Assembly: GCA_032128875.1 (NCBI GenBank)
Contig: JAVLKG010000003.1
Location: 289,008-353,007, forward strand
From: Candidatus Melainabacteria bacterium 17Bon1m
GTDB lineage: Bacteria; Cyanobacteriota; Vampirovibrionia; Obscuribacterales; Obscuribacteraceae
DNA length: 64,000 nt
Direction of reading: 5' to 3'
Shown here: piece by piece, positions 57,041 through 64,000 of the stretch
How the letters are laid out: each line of letters starts with the position of its first letter
How positions within the stretch are numbered: position 1 is the first letter of the stretch
Made by a program: the position numbers and the translations under genes
The notes under the pieces: generated by a model
The model's database searches: none
The model's input: the letters and a program-made list of their open reading frames with translations, nothing else
Told to the model about the DNA's origin: nothing

Positions 57041-58912
57041 ATGCAAAATAGAAAGTTGATCGCAATGTGTCTGGCTCTGGCAGGAAGCATCTCGCTTTCA
57101 ATGTCGGTTGAGCCCGCGCAAGCAAAAGAAAAAAAGCTGATCAAGATCAAGATCGAACGCGAAGTAGTGATGGCGGACGAGCTGATGCTCAACGGCAAAT
57201 TCAGCGATGCTGCAGATCTCTATCACGCTGTTCAAGCTAAGAACCCAAAGTCCGTACCTGCCACCATTGGTTTTGGTATGGCACTTGCCAAACAGTTCAA
57301 GCTGGACGCCGCCGACGAACAGTTCAACAAAGCGTTGACGATGGATCCACACAATGCCATGGCGCACGCAGGAAAAGCGATGGTTATGTTCAATCGCCTG
57401 GCTTCATCCTCGCAAACCGTGATCAAAAACAAAGAAGCATCACTCAAGAATGCTGAAGCCGAAGTCAGACAAGGTCTGGCGATCGACCCGGGCATGCCGG
57501 AAGCTCACTACACACTCGGCATGATCTTGAAAGAGCAAGGTCGCACCGATGAAGCGATTACTGAGTTTCAAGATGCTACCCGCATCGACCCCAAATACTC
57601 GGAAGCTTATTCCGGCTTGGGCGTCGCTCAACTGCAAAAGGACGACGTGACCGGCGCGATTCAATCCTTCAAGGAAGCAATCGCCAACAACTCCGGCAAC
57701 TCGACCGCTCACTATGGGTTGGGTGAATCGTACAGACGCCAGGGGATGCTTGATGAAGCTCTAAAAGAGTTGAACACATCCTTATATCAGTATCGCAACA
57801 GCGCACCGGTTCACCTCTCGATGGCAAAAATTTATGCCGCGCAAGGCAACACCGTAGCCGGCGTGCAGCAGTATCAAGAGTGCATCCGCATCAAGCCTGA
57901 AAATCCTGAAGCTTATTTGGGCATCGCCGATATTCGCGAAACCCGCGGTGACCTGGAGCACTCAATTGCTGAGTTGCGCTCCGGTTTGGAAATGATGCCG
58001 AACAATATGGACTTGAGATTGCGTGTTGCCGATCAGAGTTTGAAACTTGAAAAGCTCGATGACGCCATCAAAGAGTATCGCGCCTGCATGGACGCCAATC
58101 CGCAAAACGCAGCTGCCGCCAAAGGCATCACGCGCGCCTATTATTTGAAGGCAAACAAAGAAGCAACAGGTGCATTCTTTGTCAGCAATGAATACGAATC
58201 TGCAAAGCGCATGTTGGAACAAGCAGTTCGCTTAAATCCCAACGATATGGAATTGCGTTTGGCTGAGGCAAAACTACGCTCGTTGTCTGGTGAAGCTGTA
58301 GACCTGAAGTCCATCGGCACACCAACCAATAATGGCGAGCGCATTGCTTATGCAGAGGCTTGTTTGGCTCAGAACAAGTACAAAGACTCCGATGAACAGA
58401 TGAACATCGTTCTTTCCAATTGCACAGACGCCAAACAAACATTCGCTGTCGCAGACCTTGCTTTGATGATCAAAGACATTCCCAATGCTGAAGCTGCCTA
58501 CAAAAAAGCTGCGGCATTCCCGGGCTCGGAAGAGCGCGCGAAGCGTGGCATCGACATGGTCAATAAAGCGAAGGATCAAGCCAGACAAGATCTGACATTA
58601 GCAGACGATCTTGCTCGCAAGAAGCAGCTCAACTCGGCTATCGACAAATACAAAATTGCTATTTACGAGAACCCGAAGGTTGCCGACACGCACCTCGGTT
58701 ATGCGATTTGCCTAGAACAACTCAAGCCGCCGATTCCGGAAGATTTGAGACAAGCCTCCACGCAATATAAAGCGTATATGGCTTTGGATAACAGCATCCC
58801 GCCTAAAGAGCTCGAAAAACTCAACAAGAAAATCGCCTCTCTTGAAGAGAAAGCCTACAAGCTGGAGCAGAAAGGCAAAGACACAAGATCCGGAACGAAG
58901 CGAAAATTCTAA
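57041..58912 (+). CDS. Secreted multi-TPR protein, paralogue B
   Basis: Signal peptide, GAGGAG RBS, collinear with paralogue A. Confidence 0.92.
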   Translation: MQNRKLIAMCLALAGSISLSMSVEPAQAKEKKLIKIKIEREVVMADELMLNGKFSDAADLYHAVQAKNPKSVPATIGFGMALAKQFKLDAADEQFNKALTMDPHNAMAHAGKAMVMFNRLASSSQTVIKNKEASLKNAEAEVRQGLAIDPGMPEAHYTLGMILKEQGRTDEAITEFQDATRIDPKYSEAYSGLGVAQLQKDDVTGAIQSFKEAIANNSGNSTAHYGLGESYRRQGMLDEALKELNTSLYQYRNSAPVHLSMAKIYAAQGNTVAGVQQYQECIRIKPENPEAYLGIADIRETRGDLEHSIAELRSGLEMMPNNMDLRLRVADQSLKLEKLDDAIKEYRACMDANPQNAAAAKGITRAYYLKANKEATGAFFVSNEYESAKRMLEQAVRLNPNDMELRLAEAKLRSLSGEAVDLKSIGTPTNNGERIAYAEACLAQNKYKDSDEQMNIVLSNCTDAKQTFAVADLALMIKDIPNAEAAYKKAAAFPGSEERAKRGIDMVNKAKDQARQDLTLADDLARKKQLNSAIDKYKIAIYENPKVADTHLGYAICLEQLKPPIPEDLRQASTQYKAYMALDNSIPPKELEKLNKKIASLEEKAYKLEQKGKDTRSGTKRKF

Positions 58913-58922
58913 ATAGATAACT

Positions 58923-58949
58923 GTGGGGGCGCATTGCATGCGCCCCCAC
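58923..58949. repeat. REP-like single palindrome
   Basis: GTGGGGGCGCA-TTGCA-TGCGCCCCCAC, perfect 11-bp arms, related to the GTAGGGG…CCCCTAC repeats. Confidence 0.65.
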
Positions 58950-58971
58950 GATTTATCGATATAATTGGCTC

Positions 58972-60351
58972 GTGACTGATTGGAAAAACAAAAAAGTAAC
59001 CATACTCGGCCTCGGCAGAAGCGGCATTGCGGCAGCGCAATATCTTTCGGCAAGAGGTGCGAATGTATTCGTCTCCGATTCGGCCGCTGCTGACACTGAA
59101 AGACAGGCTCAGGCAGCCGAGGTAGAACGCCTTGGATGTAAAGTTGAATTGGGCGGTCACAGTGATGCAGCTATCGAGCATGGCTCTTTCGTCCTCACCT
59201 CTCCCGGCATTGCTCCTCATAGTGCGGTCATTCAAAAGGCACGTTCGCTGGGCAAAGAAGTAATTTCCGATGTGGAATTAGCCTGGCGCGAGACCAAGGC
59301 TCCAATTCTTGCTATTACCGGTACGAATGGAAAATCCACAACCTGTGCGCTTTTGAGTTTCATGCTCGAGAAAACGGGTCGTGTTGCTCCGGCTTGCGGC
59401 AATATCGGTGTTCCGATTCTCAGTCAATTAGATAGAAAACCTGACTATCTGGTCGTTGAAGTTTCTTCCTATCAGTTGGACTACACAGCAAACTTCGCGC
59501 CAAAAATCGGCGTTTGGCTCAACTTTACCCCTGATCACGTTGATTGGCACCAGGGACTGGAAAATTACAAACGCGCCAAGCAAAAGCTTTTTGCCAACCA
59601 GCAACACAGTGACTACGCCGTTCTCAGCATGGACGACCCGGTGGTTAGCCAGCAAATTACGCGCGCCGAGATCTTTCCCTTCAGTTCGCAAATGAATTTG
59701 GACAATATGGTCCAAGCCGCCTATGTATCAAACGATTTTCTTGCTTACCGCATACGCGCTCGCAATCGCATCGTTTGTGCCGTCAACGAGCTGCAAATAT
59801 TAGGCCAGCACAATGTTGAGAATGCACTCGCGGCAATATCTTGCTGTGCCATTCTCGATGTGCAGCCTCAAGAGATTGAGACTTACATTAAAGAGTTCAA
59901 GGGTTTGGAGCATCGGCTCGAGTATGTGGCAACGATAGATAACGTCCCTTATTACAACGATTCTAAGGCGACCAATCCTGAATCAGCTATAAAGGCGATA
60001 CAGTCCTTCCCGGACAAGAAAATCGTGCTCATTGCCGGCGGTCGGGACAAAGCGACCTCACTTGATGAATTTGTTGGTGCTGTTAGAAACCATGTAGCAG
60101 CTGTTATCCTCTTAGGTGAAGCCAAGGAGAGATTTGAGAAAGCGTTAAGGGAGGGAGGATTTAACGACGTTCATGTGGTCGCAAACCTCGAAGAGGCTGT
60201 CGACCTGGGTGGGAAACTGAAACTGGGACCGGTGGTTCTTTCTCCGGCATGCGCCAGTTTCGACATGTTCAAGGATTTTGAGAACAGAGGCCGTGTCTTC
60301 AAAGATATTGTCCGCGCAAGACTCGAGATGGCGCCGTCAGTCCAAGGGTAG
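58972..60351 (+). CDS. murD: UDP-N-acetylmuramoyl-L-alanine:D-glutamate ligase
   Basis: LGLGRSG, ITGTNGKSTT, EVSSYQL, NDSKATN, LSPACASFDMF. Confidence 0.97.
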   Translation: MTDWKNKKVTILGLGRSGIAAAQYLSARGANVFVSDSAAADTERQAQAAEVERLGCKVELGGHSDAAIEHGSFVLTSPGIAPHSAVIQKARSLGKEVISDVELAWRETKAPILAITGTNGKSTTCALLSFMLEKTGRVAPACGNIGVPILSQLDRKPDYLVVEVSSYQLDYTANFAPKIGVWLNFTPDHVDWHQGLENYKRAKQKLFANQQHSDYAVLSMDDPVVSQQITRAEIFPFSSQMNLDNMVQAAYVSNDFLAYRIRARNRIVCAVNELQILGQHNVENALAAISCCAILDVQPQEIETYIKEFKGLEHRLEYVATIDNVPYYNDSKATNPESAIKAIQSFPDKKIVLIAGGRDKATSLDEFVGAVRNHVAAVILLGEAKERFEKALREGGFNDVHVVANLEEAVDLGGKLKLGPVVLSPACASFDMFKDFENRGRVFKDIVRARLEMAPSVQG

Positions 60352-61543
60352 TGGTGGTCGCTCTCTAAAGGTAGCTCCGCCTTCGAATGAAGGTCCGGAG
60401 TTTCGTGGGCTCCCCGATAAAGCTCTCATAACTCTCGTTTGCTCGCTGTGCGGCTTTGGTCTCATGGCGGTTTTCAGTGCTTCAGCTCCTGAGGCGCTCT
60501 CCAGCTATCAGGATGCAACTTACTATTTGCGCCGTCAGGCAATTTGCTGCGTGATCGGGCTTTTCGCCATGTTCACCATCAGCCGCTACGATTACAGGCG
60601 TCTAAAGAAATGGGCTTGGCCTGTGGCTTTGGGCGCGTTTGGCTTATTGTGTTTGACTCTGGTCCCCGGTATCTCGGTCACCACAATGGGCTCCACTCGC
60701 TGGTTGCAGATCGGTCCGTTGCAGTTTCAGCCTTCCGAAATGTGCAAAATCGCGTCTATTTTGCTCATCTCTGCCGGTCTCTCCAAGCATTTTTGGTGGC
60801 ACAGACAAGTTCTGGTGCGCATTGCACTCATTCTTTTGATGGCGACAATTGTCGTCAAACAGCCTGACCTCGGAACAGCAATGATGATTTCCGGCAGTCT
60901 GGTGGCACTTTTGTTCGCCAGCGGTCTCAATCCGCTGCTTATTATTCTGGCTGGTGGTGGTGCTTTTGGATATATGTGGCACCACGTTCAAAAGACGCCT
61001 TACCAGATGGCCCGCATCATGAGCTGGTTGGACCCATATAAGTATCCGCAGAAAGAAGGCTGGAACGTCATTCAAGCGCAGTATGCCATTGGCTCCGGCG
61101 GGTTGTTCGGCGTCGGCTTCGGGCGCTCGATGCAGAAGCTTTTCTACCTGCCGGTTCAGCATGCCGACTTTATTTTCGCTGTAATCGCAGAAGAATTCGG
61201 TTTTGTCCCTTGCTGCGTTTTGATTTCTCTCTATGTGCTCTTTGGCTATTTCGGCTTCAGAACTGCCTTGCGCTCACGCACACTCTTTGGACGTTTTCTT
61301 GCAATCGGCATCACCAGCTCGATCGTGCTGCAGGCGTTAGTCAATATCATGGTTACCACCGGCATCGTGCCAGTAACAGGTATCACGCTTCCGTTCATCA
61401 GCTACGGCGGAACCTCGCTTGTAATAACACTGTCGATGGTCGGTGTTCTTCTTTCAGTTTCTCGAGACAGCGGGCAAATGTCGGAAGACGAAGAATACGA
61501 CGATGACGACTTAAAACCTGCGAGACAAGCGGCACGTCCATGA
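60308..61543 (+). CDS. ftsW: SEDS peptidoglycan glycosyltransferase FtsW
   Basis: FQPSEMCK, KQPDLGT, DFIFAVIAEEFG, PVTGITLPFISYGGTS; between murD and murG; start uncertain (60278, 60293 or 60308). Confidence 0.93.
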   Translation: MSAQDSRWRRQSKGSGGRSLKVAPPSNEGPEFRGLPDKALITLVCSLCGFGLMAVFSASAPEALSSYQDATYYLRRQAICCVIGLFAMFTISRYDYRRLKKWAWPVALGAFGLLCLTLVPGISVTTMGSTRWLQIGPLQFQPSEMCKIASILLISAGLSKHFWWHRQVLVRIALILLMATIVVKQPDLGTAMMISGSLVALLFASGLNPLLIILAGGGAFGYMWHHVQKTPYQMARIMSWLDPYKYPQKEGWNVIQAQYAIGSGGLFGVGFGRSMQKLFYLPVQHADFIFAVIAEEFGFVPCCVLISLYVLFGYFGFRTALRSRTLFGRFLAIGITSSIVLQALVNIMVTTGIVPVTGITLPFISYGGTSLVITLSMVGVLLSVSRDSGQMSEDEEYDDDDLKPARQAARP

Positions 61544-62685
61544 GTGGTGGCGAGCACCGGCTAATTCTCACAGGTGGTGGCACCGGCGGTCATGTGTATC
61601 CGGCGTTGGCGGTTGCCGACGAATTGAAGGACGATCCGGACGTGAAGGCCATCCTTTATATAGGTGCAAAAGGGCACCTTGAAGAACGTCTGGCAAGAGA
61701 GCGTGGTCTAGATTTTGTTGGCTTTGACGTTTCTGGTTTGCCGCGAAGTGTTTCACCGAAGCTGGTGACTTGGCCGTTTCAAATGGTGCAAGCGATCGGA
61801 CAATGCTCCGCGCTTTTCGGGCGTTTCAAACCAACTGCAGTCTTGGGCACGGGCGGGTACGCATCGGCACCACCACTGACTTGTGCGGCTACTTCCGGTA
61901 TTCCGTATGCAGTGCATGAGCCGGATGCGCATCCTGGGCTGGTCAATCGGCTTTACGCGAAGAATGCGTCCGTTGTTTCGTGCGGCATGGAGGCCGCAAA
62001 AGAAAGGTTGGTAAGCAAGGTTGGCGAAACTGTGTTCAACGGTAATCCGGTGCGCAAGGGTTTTGTCCACATGATCGAGAAAGAGAAAGCCGCACGGCAA
62101 CTGGGTTTGGTCAGTCATCTGCCAACTCTGATCATCACAGGCGGCTCGCAAGGTGCGCAAGCGATCAATGATGCCGTTTTTGCCATGCTGCCGACATTGT
62201 TTTCCGACACGAACACAATGCAGGTGATACACCAGGTCGGCGAAAAGAATTTTGCCAACTACAAAGAGCAGCTGCCCCACGAAATTTTGACTAGCGCTAG
62301 ATACTGCTATCGAGCTTATTTCGAGGATCTCTCCGTTGCTTATGCCTTGAGCGATTTGGCTATTTCGCGGGCCGGAGCGATGACGATCAGCGAGCTATGT
62401 GTAACATCAACCCCATCTATATTCATTCCATATCCTTTTGCTGCTCAGAATCACCAGGAGCATAATGCACGTGCGCTAGAGGCTAAAGGGGCAGCAACCG
62501 TGATATTGCAGAAGGATTTGAATCCGGGCTTACTGGCGACGACAGTAAAGTCATTGCTTTTCGATCGCGAAAAGCTGAAGAAGATGAAAGAAGCTGCCGG
62601 ACAAATGGGAAAACCAAATGCCGCAAAAGACATTGCTGAGATGCTGAAGCGCTTGAGCAGCGGCTATCAGAGCAAGTCGAGCTGA
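61540..62685 (+). CDS. murG: MurG N-acetylglucosaminyl transferase
   Basis: TGGGTGGHVYP, GTGGY, GNPVR, GGSQGA, SRAGA, HQEHNA. Confidence 0.97.
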   Translation: MSGGEHRLILTGGGTGGHVYPALAVADELKDDPDVKAILYIGAKGHLEERLARERGLDFVGFDVSGLPRSVSPKLVTWPFQMVQAIGQCSALFGRFKPTAVLGTGGYASAPPLTCAATSGIPYAVHEPDAHPGLVNRLYAKNASVVSCGMEAAKERLVSKVGETVFNGNPVRKGFVHMIEKEKAARQLGLVSHLPTLIITGGSQGAQAINDAVFAMLPTLFSDTNTMQVIHQVGEKNFANYKEQLPHEILTSARYCYRAYFEDLSVAYALSDLAISRAGAMTISELCVTSTPSIFIPYPFAAQNHQEHNARALEAKGAATVILQKDLNPGLLATTVKSLLFDREKLKKMKEAAGQMGKPNAAKDIAEMLKRLSSGYQSKSS

Positions 62686-62709
62686 TCAGAAGGCGAATTA
62701 GAAGAAGAC

Positions 62710-62955
62710 TTAGCCGGCGACGATTGGTGCCGGAGTCAGAATTTGCGGGCTGATGAATGAATCTTGTGGCGACGCTTGCATTTGGACACCAGTGACTTGA
62801 GCGCCTGGTCGCATCTTGCTTTCGATCTCTTCGAGAATTGATTCGATTTGGGAGATCAGTTGTGCTGACTCGTGGTCAGCGCCCTGAGAGCGGTGGACAG
62901 CGTCCTTCAGCTCTTCAATTGTCGTTTTAAACGATGGTTGATTTGGAAAGGTCAT
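62710..62955 (-). CDS. Small hypothetical helical protein
   Basis: 81-aa ORF preceded by AGGA; amphipathic helices. Confidence 0.55.
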   Translation of the reverse strand: MTFPNQPSFKTTIEELKDAVHRSQGADHESAQLISQIESILEEIESKMRPGAQVTGVQMQASPQDSFISPQILTPAPIVAG

Positions 62956-63373
62956 ATACTTTCCTGCCGCGGCACAAGGGATTAACTATGGGACCAAAAT
63001 TCAAAATGTCTCTTGGGCAACTATGTCTCTGCCAGCCGCCCTAACTTGTCACGAGTTTAGCACGGAAAAATTTGGATTCAACGGCGCAAATATATATGCT
63101 CGATGCAGTACTGATGTCAAGCGGTGCAAGAATCAGTGCCTGTCATATATTCAGGGGAGCTGTTGCAAATGGAAACTATATTTATCAATTGTCCACATTA
63201 AGTATTATCGGCTCCCAAATGACAGCATCAGTGGGTTTTGTGGACATTCGACTGTCTGCATGATTTGAAAGCCGCATCTGGTGGGCGTTCTACTTAGAAG
63301 TGCCGTCATCTCCGGGCAGTGTTATCTTGAGGGGTAGTAGGACTATCAGTACAAACTTTGGCTCTGAACTAAT

Positions 63374-64000
63374 TTGCCGATTGTCGCGTTTCTATTATTT
63401 GCTTTCATAGCATTCTGCATTGTCTGCAGTGTCACAGGCATATTTGTTCTGGGACTGAGCTGGCACAAAATTGCGGGCTACTTAAAGGCGCGCCGTGAGC
63501 GGGATTTGATCGCCCTGCGCGGTTATCACGGACGACTTTCGTTAGTGGTTAGCGAGCTTCTCTCAAGGGCGAATGAACTAGATCAGCAGTCGAAATATTT
63601 GCCGGCAGAAACCGAAGCAGAATGGAATAGAGTGTATGAAAAGCTGGGCCGCGCCCTTGTTTTGATGGGCGACACGCTAACACTTATTAGAGAACGCCTT
63701 GAGGAAAAGAATGTCAAAAGTGGGCGGGAAGTGACATTGCTTCTCTGCAGGGAAGCGACATGGGTAAGCAGGAGGTTGCTTAGCTTCGAGCAAAAGCTGC
63801 TCTCTGCAGAGAGGAAACAAGTCGAACACATCAAAGCTGTGCAAGAAGCGCAAGTCAGGCAGGAAGCACTGGACGCGCAGGACGCGCAAGCTGCGCCAGG
63901 TATAGCTACTCCTGAGGTGCATGTGAGTCTAGAAACTCAGATAACGCTGATAACCGAAATAACAGACCAGCTGAGCGAAATGTCGGACGGCGCCTTATTA
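63374..64000 (+). CDS. Membrane-anchored hypothetical protein (5' part; runs off the window)
   Basis: Open from TTG 63374 to the window end (209 codons): LPIVAFLLFAFIAFCIVCSVTGIFVLGLSW (TM), then helical sequence. Absent from the ORF track because it has no stop. Confidence 0.7.
   Translation, partial: MPIVAFLLFAFIAFCIVCSVTGIFVLGLSWHKIAGYLKARRERDLIALRGYHGRLSLVVSELLSRANELDQQSKYLPAETEAEWNRVYEKLGRALVLMGDTLTLIRERLEEKNVKSGREVTLLLCREATWVSRRLLSFEQKLLSAERKQVEHIKAVQEAQVRQEALDAQDAQAAPGIATPEVHVSLETQITLITEITDQLSEMSDGALL

Noticed and set aside
56464-57198. 244-aa antisense ORF and similar shadow ORFs (e.g. 14430-15107, 31041-31760, 54153-54827)
   Set aside because: They lie opposite well-supported genes and carry no recognisable motifs.
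63023-63268. Short overlapping ORFs upstream of the last gene
   Set aside because: No RBS or motif, and competing frames; more likely a divergent promoter region.
1-64000. Cyanobacterial HIP1 (GCGATCGC) enrichment
   Set aside because: Only a few copies were noticed by eye (e.g. 2271), far below the density in HIP1-rich genomes; not counted exhaustively.

Overview
Ordinary-looking chromosomal window (~50% GC by eye), with no prophage, integrase, transposase, CRISPR array or rRNA detected. Gene content and style (DHH-CBS A-adding tRNA nucleotidyltransferase, SPOR-less RlpA proteins, Uma2, many TPR proteins, no photosynthesis genes) suggest a non-photosynthetic relative of Cyanobacteria such as Melainabacteria/Obscuribacterales; this is inference. 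Housekeeping genes: hemA-hemC-hemD and hemB, gltX-cysS, ychF, a YebC-family gene, murD-ftsW-murG, 5-oxoprolinase, corA, tRNA-Ser(CGA), and an SRP RNA found by eye on the minus strand. Most notable: (1) several apparently catalytically dead or receptor-only signalling proteins within ~11 kb (degenerate GGDEF with intact RxxD I-site, a histidine pseudokinase, a stand-alone MshEN-like protein) around an orphan Flp pilin; (2) two His-rich NfeD-like genes, flotillin, a P-loop kinase and a BtuF-like binding protein in one run upstream of hemACD; (3) a three-gene operon of unknown proteins (disordered-tail lipoprotein, winged-helix-like protein, secreted protein); (4) two highly similar tandem TPR paralogues where mraY normally precedes murD-ftsW-murG; (5) a GTAG-type REP-like palindrome family.
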